Source: a virus
Lineage: Duplodnaviria; Caudoviricetes
Length of the DNA: 38,775 bases
Reading direction: 5' to 3' (one strand)
IMG/VR virus record: IMGVR_UViG_3300034001_000024
Span: 1-38,775 of that record
Below are positions 27,686 through 35,913 of the stretch, in pieces. A program made the position numbers and the translations under genes. Numbering within the stretch: position 1 is the stretch's first letter; every line of letters begins with the position of its first letter. The notes under the pieces are model-generated. The model searched no databases, had not been told where the DNA came from, and was given only the letters and a program-made list of their open reading frames with translations.

Positions 27686-28801
27686 TTATGCCGGTGCGGC
27701 CTCCTTCACGACCGCGTTGTACTTGCTCGGATCGGCTGCGATCTTGAGCTGCTCAATCGATAACTCGTGCGCGCGCTGTGCGGCCTTCTCGGCCGCTTCA
27801 GCAGCGCGTTGCTCCCGCCGGTTCTTGAGCCAGAAAATAGCGATGGCGATGGAGGCACCAACGAGCACCAGCGCTGCAATAAGGCCGATCACCAGCATGG
27901 TGTTGGCCTGAGTTAGCCAGCCCCATGTGGCGGCCAGCGCCGTGCCGACCCCGGTGACGCCGCCGGCCCACCAGCCTTTAACCTTCGTCTCGATCTGCTG
28001 AAACGCAGACTCGGCTGGTGCGGGCGCGGGTACTTCTATCGGCGCGTCGCTCGGCCTGCCGCCGACGATGGCTTCATCTGCCTTTGCTGGCTGTGTGGGT
28101 GCGGGCTCGCCTTCACTGGCGGCAAGTGCGGCTGGCTGCTCTTCGGCAGCAACTGCCTGAGACTCTGGAGATGAAACTGATGGCAGGCTTTCTGCTACAT
28201 CTGCAGGGATAAGTGCTGAACGCAGGATGCGCTCGAACTGCTGCGCGTAGCCGGCAATCTCGGCGGCGCGATCCGTGCCGTTGATGATGCGGCGTGCGTT
28301 CCGGTAGTCGCAGCGAGCGCCGCTGATATAGTCGGAGAGTCGCTTGCCCGTAAACATTCCCGTCCGCATGCCGAAGGACATGCAGGTGTACGCCACGTCG
28401 GGGCGCAGCGCCAGATCGGGGCTCGCCACCAGATCCAGCCCGACTACCTTCGACAGCTTGCGATAGTTGGTCTTGCCGGTGATCTGCACGAAGCCTCGCC
28501 CACGGTACGTGTAACCGTCGCCCGGCTGGTCGTTGCCGAGTTCTCTGGCCTTGCGTGGGTTGCTGGTGATATCGTAGCGCAGGAAGTAGCTGCGGCCGCC
28601 GCGCTCCGTGATGGGAGCATATGTGCCAGCGGTCTCGATCCGCATCGTGGCGAACTGGTAAGCCGCGTACCGCACATCTTTGAGTTGCGGGTCAGCTTCC
28701 ATCGCGGTCAGCACCGCATCAATAGCCGCCACGACGGGCTGCGAGAGCCTGCCGAACTCCCGCCTGTAGCCATCAAAAAAGGTTTTGTGTGAAAAACGCA
28801 T
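27686..28801 (-). CDS. GH19 (chitinase-class I/lysozyme-like) endolysin with C-terminal transmembrane segments
   Basis: AYQFATMRIET, YRGRGFVQITGKTNY and ARRIINGTDRA motifs; GGAGG RBS before ATG 28801; hydrophobic C-terminal helices. Confidence 0.9.
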   Translation of the reverse strand: MRFSHKTFFDGYRREFGRLSQPVVAAIDAVLTAMEADPQLKDVRYAAYQFATMRIETAGTYAPITERGGRSYFLRYDITSNPRKARELGNDQPGDGYTYRGRGFVQITGKTNYRKLSKVVGLDLVASPDLALRPDVAYTCMSFGMRTGMFTGKRLSDYISGARCDYRNARRIINGTDRAAEIAGYAQQFERILRSALIPADVAESLPSVSSPESQAVAAEEQPAALAASEGEPAPTQPAKADEAIVGGRPSDAPIEVPAPAPAESAFQQIETKVKGWWAGGVTGVGTALAATWGWLTQANTMLVIGLIAALVLVGASIAIAIFWLKNRREQRAAEAAEKAAQRAHELSIEQLKIAADPSKYNAVVKEAAPA

Positions 28802-28823
28802 GGCGCGTAACCTCCCGCGCCAC

Positions 28824-28852
28824 ACCATAGCGTCCACCTGCAGAGCTGCTCG
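28824..28852 (-). promoter_or_regulatory. Candidate late promoter CGAGCAGCTC-N11-GC-TATGGT upstream of the endolysin
   Basis: Matches the motif and spacing at 19822-19850. Confidence 0.6.
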
Positions 28853-28859
28853 CGCATAC

Positions 28860-28891
28860 AAAAAGGCCGGCGGTTTCACCGGCCGCCGGCC
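28860..28891 (-). terminator. Intrinsic terminator ending the middle operon
   Basis: GGCCGGCGG/CCGCCGGCC stem followed by a T-run on the minus strand. Confidence 0.8.
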
Positions 28892-28948
28892 ATCCTTCGA
28901 GGTTTCACTATCCCTTTCTAGTGATTTATGCCGCCGTAGCGGCGATGG

Positions 28949-29068
28949 CTACTGTAGCTCGCGCTGGTCGTGCTCGTCGAGCCAGTCGTCTTCGCTGCGC
29001 GCGATGCTGATGGCGACGTACACTGCCAGAACCAGCATCAGCAGCGCCAGTAACGGATCGCCGATCAT
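28949..29068 (-). CDS. 39-aa membrane peptide (MIGDPLLALLMLVLAVYVAISIARSEDDWLDEHDQRELQ)
   Basis: Translated by hand; AGGAGG RBS and ATGA overlap with the upstream ORF. Confidence 0.65.
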   Translation of the reverse strand: MIGDPLLALLMLVLAVYVAISIARSEDDWLDEHDQRELQ

Positions 29069-29286
29069 GCGCCCTCCTGCTTCAGTGGCGCGACCTTGCC
29101 TTCTGCCAGCATCTGCTGAAACTCGGCCTCCGAGTACGTGATCCCGCCGACCGAGATGCGCGTGATGTAGTTATTAGCGCCGCAGGTACGACACTCCACT
29201 CGCGCCAGTGCGCCTATTGGCTCATCTCCTGCCTCGTAGCCATCGAAGATCGGCGCGCCGCACTCTTGGCATTCAGTGATGATCAT
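29065..29286 (-). CDS. Zinc-ribbon protein
   Basis: CQEC...CRTC motifs; coupled overlap. Confidence 0.7.
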   Translation of the reverse strand: MIITECQECGAPIFDGYEAGDEPIGALARVECRTCGANNYITRISVGGITYSEAEFQQMLAEGKVAPLKQEGA

Positions 29287-29579
29287 GCGCTCTCCTGCTC
29301 GCGCACCAGCGGCCAGCCGCGTGCTTCGTCGCCCGCCGCATCTACTTGCTCTGGCACGAATGGCGACTCCGCATGCAGCGACAGTGGCGGCTGCGTCTCG
29401 CCCTGCACCCGCAGCCAGATGCGCCCCGTGCGCTGGATCTGCGCCAGTTCATCTGGCGATAGCTCCCAGCACGAGATGACTTCCATGCCAGTGCAATAAG
29501 CAGGCATCTCCAGCACGTTCTCCATACCCTCGGACGCCACCAGCAACGTATCGGCTTCTGGAAAATTCGATGGCCGCAT
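29283..29579 (-). CDS. Hypothetical phage protein
   Basis: ISCWELSPDELAQIQRTGRIWLRVQG..QPP pattern; GGAGG RBS. Confidence 0.7.
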   Translation of the reverse strand: MRPSNFPEADTLLVASEGMENVLEMPAYCTGMEVISCWELSPDELAQIQRTGRIWLRVQGETQPPLSLHAESPFVPEQVDAAGDEARGWPLVREQESA

Positions 29580-29771
29580 AAAACAACCTCCAGCCAACAT
29601 GCTTGCTCGCACACGCGGCGGAGCCAAGGGCTATCTCGATGCAAGCGCCATGAGGCCAACAGGCCACGCTCTTTTCAAGCGTCAACTTCTGTATTGCTGA
29701 TGGTGCGGATTCTGGTTAGTGTGAAGGCATGAACGTTCTACACAATCCCGCCACTGTTAAGGCTTTACAAC

Positions 29772-29963
29772 GTGGGTGCAGGCTATACCGACCGGCAGCG
29801 ATCATGTGCCGGGAAGGTTCAATACAGCAGCCGATTGCATGCCGAGCGCGCGGCCGTCCGTGCTACTAAGCGTGCGTGGGAGCACATTGTTCCCTATAAG
29901 TGCCGACACTGCCATCAATGGCATATAGGACATGCCCAACGTCGTGAGAAGCGATGTACATAA
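29772..29963 (+). CDS. Small Cys/His zinc-binding phage protein
   Basis: CAGKVQYSS...YKCRHCHQWHIGH motif; followed by a terminator. Confidence 0.65.
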   Translation: MGAGYTDRQRSCAGKVQYSSRLHAERAAVRATKRAWEHIVPYKCRHCHQWHIGHAQRREKRCT

Positions 29964-29969
29964 AGATCG

Positions 29970-30000
29970 AAGGCCACCTGTTACGGTCAGGTGGCCTTTC
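29970..30000. terminator. Terminator between convergent genes
   Basis: AAGGCCACCTG/CAGGTGGCCTT stem. Confidence 0.65.
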
Positions 30001-30029
30001 GCTTGCACGGGTAACTGTTGATGCCGCAT

Positions 30030-30557
30030 CTACAATTCTATGCGCTCCAGTTCGGCAACGATTTGCGCGCCAGCATCAAGGCGCGTCGGTGGCAGTGCGA
30101 GATACCATTCAAGCAGCTTAATAGCCGCGTCTGCTCCATCGCATATTTCTGCGTAGTAGCCTTGCTCTCGTACACGCCGGATGAAGTCGTGCTGCTCTGG
30201 TGTGCCGCCGTCGCCGCCTCGTGAATCCTTCATCTCGATATAGCAACCAAAGTATCCGCCGCGTGCTGCTGGAAGAAACAGGTCGCTCACGCCTGCCTTC
30301 TGGCCTTCGCTTTTGAAGTAATTGATGGCCGCCCAGTTTACGGACTTGCGTCCTGCTGCGCTAACAGCAAACATCGCTTTGCCGTTAGGGATTGAATGCA
30401 GCAGGCATAGCTCTGGAAAGCGACCTTCATGGACTCTTGCCCATCCAATAACGGTCACCTGCTCCTGATGTTCGGATGCACATGCGACGCGTGGTTTACG
30501 CTTGCGGGCTTTGCTGCTGGTGGCTCTGGTTGTGTGGCCCTGTGGAAGTTTTACCAT
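30030..30557 (-). CDS. VRR-NUC domain nuclease (Holliday-junction-resolvase-like)
   Basis: SEHQEQ, HSIPNG, GVSDL, IEMK and TPEQ motifs. Confidence 0.9.
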   Translation of the reverse strand: MVKLPQGHTTRATSSKARKRKPRVACASEHQEQVTVIGWARVHEGRFPELCLLHSIPNGKAMFAVSAAGRKSVNWAAINYFKSEGQKAGVSDLFLPAARGGYFGCYIEMKDSRGGDGGTPEQHDFIRRVREQGYYAEICDGADAAIKLLEWYLALPPTRLDAGAQIVAELERIEL

Positions 30558-30698
30558 AGGCGGACACGATACCTCGTAAGGCGCGCAGTGCTTTTCATGC
30601 AGTAACTAGGTGGATGTGTCACTGGCGCTGCATCTCGCCGCGTGTGCAGAAGATGCAGCGCCAGAATGGGCAGGGTGTGCGTAGGGTGCGACAGTTCG

Positions 30699-31085
30699 TC
30701 AGTGGCCGCCGAGCGTCTTTCGAAGCAGCCATTTTACGCGCTCGCGCAGATCGATCAACTCGTACTCGGTATGCATTGTCCGCTGGCCGATATGGCGTAT
30801 GATCACCTGATGCTCTGTTTCCAATAGCCGGCCGATTAACTCGACTTTGTCCGCATCTTCGAGCCATCTGTCGCTCAAGATGCGCTGCTCAGCCTTGCGA
30901 AGCGTCGCGCCCCATCGTTCATCGAGCGTTGCTGGCCTGCCAGCGCGCCTACGCACCTGATCTTCCTCTAAATAGCCCTGTACTCTTATGCGTGTCTGCT
31001 GTAAGGGGCTGGCGCGCAGATATGGCTCAAGTGCAGATATAAATTCATCCCAGTGTGCGTCTCTTTCAGCTTGCGTTAACGCCAT
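30699..31085 (-). CDS. Hypothetical protein
   Basis: AAGGAG RBS before (M)MALTQAER; helical sequence. Confidence 0.6.
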   Translation of the reverse strand: MALTQAERDAHWDEFISALEPYLRASPLQQTRIRVQGYLEEDQVRRRAGRPATLDERWGATLRKAEQRILSDRWLEDADKVELIGRLLETEHQVIIRHIGQRTMHTEYELIDLRERVKWLLRKTLGGH

Positions 31086-31258
31086 CATCAATCTCCTTAC
31101 GGCTGTTGCCGTCACTGAGACGTTGACTCGAATACGCAAACATGTGAAGAGGTTTTTACGATGTCCGACATGCAATCTGCATCCGGAGACTCCTGCAAAG
31201 AGTGATGGCGATGAGGTTTTCCTTATCGCCATCACTCTAGTCTCCGCATGTGGATCTG

Positions 31259-32083
31259 CTACGAGCGGACGTGTTCGGGCTTTCTGCTGTACGCCAGTGC
31301 GCGCCACGTCTCTCGAATCGCATGCTCGACGGCTGTACCAGGAGTCGGAAAGCCTCCTTTATGCATGATGCGCGCGATCAGCGCCATCGCGTCGCGGCTG
31401 ATGGGCACGTTGAGCCACTCCGTATCTTCGCTGGCCGGCACGCTCGACGGCGATGGGCCTGTACCATCAGCAGCCGGTTCGCTCCGCTCTGTTGTCAACT
31501 CGCCAGCCAGTATGGCGCGACGGTCGTTCATAAACTCTTGCAGGGATACTGCACCTTGCTCGATGGCGCGCTTCTCTGCGATGCGAATGGCCGCATGCGG
31601 TTCCGGATCCTTGGCTGCTGCCAGATATACGGATCGCGGCACACCAGGGGTCGGCGCGGGGAATGTGGATCTGAGATCCACATTCTCTTCGGACGCCACT
31701 GATGGGTAGAACGTCCGGACGATCAGCGCATCGTCGCGCAGGGTGCGCGGGTCGACACCCGTCTCGCGTCCCAACTCCTTGATCTCCGCTGTCCGGCTAC
31801 GCCCACCACCATATGACCGCTTGCCGTCGCGCTCTTCGCGCTCAGCGACGCGGCGCTCAGCTTCGCAGACACATGCGCCACGCAGTATGTATGCGTGCTC
31901 CCTAGCATCCGTAGCCATTTTGATGGTTTGCTGCAACTCTTCATCTGAGAGTTCGCGCAGGCGCGCCGTCAATTCACGGCAGCCGGCCGTCGAGTACCAC
32001 AGCAGACCGTGTAGCTGCTGCGTGCTCATCTCGGAAATGGCTGGCGGCGCGGCCTCATGTTTTTCGATTGCTACTGAACTCAT
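31259..32083 (-). CDS. Putative DNA-binding protein (central HTH, C-terminal RHH-like segment)
   Basis: IKELGRETGVDPRTLRDD (HTH-like) and WLNVPISRDAMALI...AVEHAIRE (RHH-like). Confidence 0.6.
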   Translation of the reverse strand: MSSVAIEKHEAAPPAISEMSTQQLHGLLWYSTAGCRELTARLRELSDEELQQTIKMATDAREHAYILRGACVCEAERRVAEREERDGKRSYGGGRSRTAEIKELGRETGVDPRTLRDDALIVRTFYPSVASEENVDLRSTFPAPTPGVPRSVYLAAAKDPEPHAAIRIAEKRAIEQGAVSLQEFMNDRRAILAGELTTERSEPAADGTGPSPSSVPASEDTEWLNVPISRDAMALIARIMHKGGFPTPGTAVEHAIRETWRALAYSRKPEHVRS

Positions 32084-32088
32084 GAAAA

Positions 32089-32502
32089 CTATTGCTCTCC
32101 TTCGATAGTGATGATGGCTTCCTTCAGATAGTAATAATGCCCGCCATCTAAAGTCCGGCAGGGCACTTTGCGGCAGCCCACCTTGTCGCTTTCCATCAGC
32201 CGCCAGATGGATTCGCTGAGGATGTCGTCATCGTTATCCGATGCGTCGTCCATGATGTTACCGAGCCGGTCGAGACCGACTTCCGCCCCGATCTGTGTCC
32301 AGCCGTGATTGCCAGCCCGTATCGCAGCCAGCACGGCCGCGTCCATCTCTTCATCAGTACGGCTGCGCGCCGAAACGCGCACCTCTGCCTCATGCGCGCG
32401 TTGTGCCCGCTCCTGGGCGGCACGCGCTACATAATTTTCCTGATGGAGTGAATTGATGAATGAATCGGGGAGTGAAGGTTGCGAGGGGAACTGTGTATCC
32501 AT
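32089..32502 (-). CDS. Hypothetical protein, possible winged helix
   Basis: VLAAIRAG..WTQIGAEVGL...SESIWRL pattern. Confidence 0.55.
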   Translation of the reverse strand: MDTQFPSQPSLPDSFINSLHQENYVARAAQERAQRAHEAEVRVSARSRTDEEMDAAVLAAIRAGNHGWTQIGAEVGLDRLGNIMDDASDNDDDILSESIWRLMESDKVGCRKVPCRTLDGGHYYYLKEAIITIEGEQ

Positions 32503-32631
32503 GATGTTTTGTGCTTCCCTTTGCTCGTTCGTAACGCCCGGCTCTTACGCCGGGCGGGGTCTATTACGATCGTCGAACCATGCGGCGATCAACACTGTTG
32601 CTGCAAAAACGATGGCTATCGGTAATGCCAT

Positions 32632-32727
32632 ACTTCAATGGGGCCTCATCTTTAAGGATGAGGTGCTCGTTTACGATGATTGTCCAAGCTTCGCTTCAAT
32701 GGAGCCTCGTCTTCGGACGAGGTCGAC
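32632..32727 (-). CRISPR. CRISPR-like mini-array: two type I-G-like repeats and one 24-nt spacer, no cas genes
   Basis: Minus strand GTCGA-CCTCGTC-CGAA-GACGAGG-CTCC-ATTGAAGC (32727-32693), spacer GAAGCTTGGACAATCATCGTAAAC, then GAGCA-CCTCATC-CTTAAA-GATGAGG-CCCC-ATTGAAGT (32668-32632). Confidence 0.65.
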
Positions 32728-32890
32728 GCATGATGCGTTTCGTTTGCAGCAGGGGATGCCGCTGAGACCATGGAGCACTATGTGCGCGACAGAGTCAACA
32801 CCCGATGCAAACTTTTGTCGTCCGATGCGAGCGAAGCGCCAGCAGTGTTACGACTGCTGGCGCTCGCGGTGTTGCTGATGTGGATGCACA

Positions 32891-34507
32891 TTAGAAAGCA
32901 ATGGCCTCCTCCGGCCACTCCTCTGCTTCCGGCAGTTCGATACCTGCCCGACGTTCCCATCCCATCTCGCGCGCAACGCACTCGCGCTCCGCCAGCTGGA
33001 CGAGCCGCTTCGAGGGCACGTTGAATACCATCCGGCACTCAACCACCTGCCCGCTCTCGCGCGACTTCAGCACGCGGAAGACAGTGTCCGTCTCGGCCAG
33101 TTCGCCCTCGCGCTTCTTATGCGGGACGCGCCAGACCTGAATCAGGTTGTGCGCCCAGTTCGTGATTTTCTTCGAGCCTTCGACATCATCCTTCTCTGGC
33201 ATGTGGCCGAAGTCCGCCTGCTTTTTGTTGTGCGCGATCAGGTGGATGTGGATGCCGAACTTGGCTGCGAAGTTTTTGCAGCTTTGCACGAACGCGCCCT
33301 GCGCCGCGTAGTAGCCGAACTCATCCACGCCCGATGTGAACGCCATCAGGTTATCGACGATCGCGGCCTTGATGCCGTATCTGCGGACGGCGATCTCCAG
33401 CAGCTCGAAGAAAACCTCTGGCGTCATATACTCCTCGTCGAGGATGAAAAACTGCCCGCGATACCAGTCGCGGATGTGCGCGATCATCTCAGGCTTGACG
33501 ATGAAGTACTCCAGGCCGGTCTTAGTGGCCGTGCGCGATTCGAGGTACAGCGGGCCGGCGGCCACCAGCTCGAACCAGCGCCGCAGTGCTTTGATCTTCT
33601 GCTCGCCGCTCCAGAAGAGCGTCGGCACGCGCTCGGCCACGTTGGCGCACGTGACATTCAACAGTGCCGTGCTCTTGCCAGCGAAGTTGTCGCCGCCCCA
33701 CACTGTGATCTCGCCGTCCCTGAATCCGCCGATGGTCGAGTCGATGTCTCCCCATGCGGTCGGCGTGCCTTCCGGCAGCGCATCCGGCTCCTCCCAGTCG
33801 GCCACATCAACGATCTGCGAGCCGGCGTACCACTTCGCCTGCTGGACGGCTTCACGTACGGCGTCTGCGCCCGTACGCCGCATGAGATCGTTGGCATCTT
33901 TGTCGTCGACACGGACGATCTTCACCCGCGCCTTGCCGAGACGCACGGCCATCTCGTCCTGCTTTTTCCACGCGCGCTCGGCCGCCTCCGCATCTCGATG
34001 ATCGTCCGCGTCCGGCCAGATGATGATCTCCCTGAACTGTTCGAGCCAGTCGAACTGATTCTCGATGAACTGATGCGCGGAGTCGCCGAAGGGCAGGGAC
34101 GTCGCATTCGGCACGCCCGCCTGCGCCACCGACATCGCGTCGTAGTGGCCGGCGCAGATTACGAGCGGGCCTTCGGCCGGATCGCACAGATGCGATCCGA
34201 AGAGGACATGGCGACCACCTGGCTCCGCGAACGTCTTGGTCTCCTTATCCTTGATTCGTATCAGCCCGCCGTCCGGCGCGCGGAACGTGGTCAGGACGTG
34301 TTCGTCCGCTTCGTCGTAGTGGGGCAGCGCGATCTTGCCGCCCTCAGTGCAGCCGAGTCTGTATGCGTTGATGGTGTCGTGGCGCAGGCCACGCGCGCTC
34401 TGCAGGTAGTCCAGCGCCTGCGGAGTCGGTGCCACGATTTTCGTCTGCGGTTTCACGAAAGAGCGCTCCCCGCCAGCGCTCACGATGCTTCTGCTCTTGT
34501 CGCTCAT
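32891..34507 (-). CDS. Toprim plus SF4 helicase (T7 gp4 / Twinkle-like primase-helicase without its Zn domain)
   Basis: YLQSARG, LFG, GHYDAMS, WPDAD and KDAND; Walker A GGDNFAGKST, IVDNL, HLIAH and GSKKI. Confidence 0.9.
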   Translation of the reverse strand: MSDKSRSIVSAGGERSFVKPQTKIVAPTPQALDYLQSARGLRHDTINAYRLGCTEGGKIALPHYDEADEHVLTTFRAPDGGLIRIKDKETKTFAEPGGRHVLFGSHLCDPAEGPLVICAGHYDAMSVAQAGVPNATSLPFGDSAHQFIENQFDWLEQFREIIIWPDADDHRDAEAAERAWKKQDEMAVRLGKARVKIVRVDDKDANDLMRRTGADAVREAVQQAKWYAGSQIVDVADWEEPDALPEGTPTAWGDIDSTIGGFRDGEITVWGGDNFAGKSTALLNVTCANVAERVPTLFWSGEQKIKALRRWFELVAAGPLYLESRTATKTGLEYFIVKPEMIAHIRDWYRGQFFILDEEYMTPEVFFELLEIAVRRYGIKAAIVDNLMAFTSGVDEFGYYAAQGAFVQSCKNFAAKFGIHIHLIAHNKKQADFGHMPEKDDVEGSKKITNWAHNLIQVWRVPHKKREGELAETDTVFRVLKSRESGQVVECRMVFNVPSKRLVQLAERECVAREMGWERRAGIELPEAEEWPEEAIAF

Positions 34508-34516
34508 CTCATCTCC

Positions 34517-34852
34517 TTAGCGGTAAACGTACGCTGCTGCTGCGCGCGGCTTGGCGGGGCGGCCAGTGCGTTGCGGCGCGGCTTGCGTCCGGTCGATATA
34601 GTCGCGGGGGTCGATGCCTGCATGCAGCATCAGTCCCCAGAACGTGCCTCGTACAGCGCAGGTCTCGCGCTTGCAGCCGTAGTTGCCATCTGTGCGGTGG
34701 ATAAAGAAAGTACCCTCATCCGCGTGGCGGCCGCCTTGGCAGAACGGGCACAGCCGCAGGCAGATCCAGTTGCGCGGCTGGTGGCGTGTGAGCCGCCACC
34801 CTCGCCGTTGCACCAACTCAATCGGCGTGATCGTGTACGGGATTCTGGTCAT
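34517..34852 (-). CDS. Stand-alone primase zinc-binding domain
   Basis: CPFC...TFFI...GNYGCKRETC..RG motif; GGAGGAGG RBS; ATGA overlap with rep. Confidence 0.75.
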   Translation of the reverse strand: MTRIPYTITPIELVQRRGWRLTRHQPRNWICLRLCPFCQGGRHADEGTFFIHRTDGNYGCKRETCAVRGTFWGLMLHAGIDPRDYIDRTQAAPQRTGRPAKPRAAAAYVYR

Positions 34853-35913
34853 CGCATGCCTCCTCCCGTCAGCGGATTCTGGAATGTGGTCTGTACTTGT
34901 GCGCCTGCTGCGCCGAAGGCCGTGGGCACGCGGCTCTGCGCCCACGTATCACCGATCTGCTTCGGTGACGGAGCGCTGCCCTTCTTTCCGGCGAAGTGCT
35001 CGGCCTTCCACCAGTTCAGCCAGCGATCCAACTGCTCGACGCCAATGCCGATCCGGTCAAACGCCTGCGCCTGCTTGCGCAGCCCGATCAGGACGCCCTT
35101 GCTCAGCAGCGCCCGCATCTCAGGCGTCGTGGCCGCGTAGCAGATCTCCGCCAGCTTGCGCGCCACCAGTTCCTGCGCGCCGAGCGGATCGCGCACAGCC
35201 TTCGCAGCGGGCGGCGCGCCCACACATTCTGTTTCAGGAGATTCAGCCGAAAAAGTTTTACTGGCTTCGCCTGAAGCCAGTTGAAACTCTTCTGCTGGCT
35301 TAGCCTCAGTGGAAGGTGTGTGGCCGGCTAACGCCGGCTCCTCTCTCTCTTCCACTGAATCTCTTCCATGAGTCTCCTCTGTTGGGCTGATGCCGCACTC
35401 TAGATTGGGCTGATGCCGCACTCTAGGTTGTGGGGTGCTGCTGGCGGGTGTAACTGGTTGCGCGGCCTTGAGATCGGCTACAGCCTGTATGACTCGGTTA
35501 CGGTTCACGCGGAAATATAGGCGAGCAGGCAGTCCGAACTGCGCCTCGCTCAGGAATCCGAGCCGGATCAGTTGGTCGCGCGCGGTTTCCTGTTCGTCGC
35601 GGCTGAGTCCGGTCTCCTGCTCCCACTGCGCCTGTGTGTGAAACCAAAAGCCATCGTGCATCTGCCCGTGCTCATCTTTAATGGCCTGCAGCTTCGCGTT
35701 GTGGAAGCGCTCCATCTGCAGGAACATGGCCTGCGAGAGAAAGATGGCGGCCACCGTGCTGTTGCTGATGCGGCGATAGACGGGGTTGTATCTGACCAGT
35801 TCCTTCTCGGTCAGGCGGTCAAACATGTCGACCGCGGTGCCCTTTACCTGGCTCCTGTTCAGATCGACTGTGATGTGCTGCGTGCGGCGCTTGCGCCTCT
35901 TTTCTTCGCTCAT
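34849..35913 (-). CDS. Phage replication initiator (winged-helix N-terminus)
   Basis: AAIFLSQ...FWFHTQAQWEQETGLSRDEQETARDQL..LGF...PARLYFRVN; low-complexity linker containing DNA repeats. Confidence 0.8.
   Translation of the reverse strand: MSEEKRRKRRTQHITVDLNRSQVKGTAVDMFDRLTEKELVRYNPVYRRISNSTVAAIFLSQAMFLQMERFHNAKLQAIKDEHGQMHDGFWFHTQAQWEQETGLSRDEQETARDQLIRLGFLSEAQFGLPARLYFRVNRNRVIQAVADLKAAQPVTPASSTPQPRVRHQPNLECGISPTEETHGRDSVEEREEPALAGHTPSTEAKPAEEFQLASGEASKTFSAESPETECVGAPPAAKAVRDPLGAQELVARKLAEICYAATTPEMRALLSKGVLIGLRKQAQAFDRIGIGVEQLDRWLNWWKAEHFAGKKGSAPSPKQIGDTWAQSRVPTAFGAAGAQVQTTFQNPLTGGGMR
35382..35426. repeat. Two identical 22-bp direct repeats (TTGGGCTGATGCCGCACTCTAG); probable ori iterons
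   Basis: Copies at 35382-35403 and 35405-35426; period 23 is not a multiple of 3; inside the rep linker. Confidence 0.75.

Noticed and set aside
32531-32570. Third CRISPR repeat (I-C-like GTAACGCCCGGC...GCCGGGCG)
   Set aside because: Opposite orientation and lacks the ATTGAA end; kept only as a hairpin.
33119-35140. 673-aa plus-strand ORF (likewise 9848-10981, 12015-12806, 17915-18859, 25927-26769)
   Set aside because: Antisense shadows of well-supported minus-strand genes, expected in GC-rich DNA; no motifs recognised.
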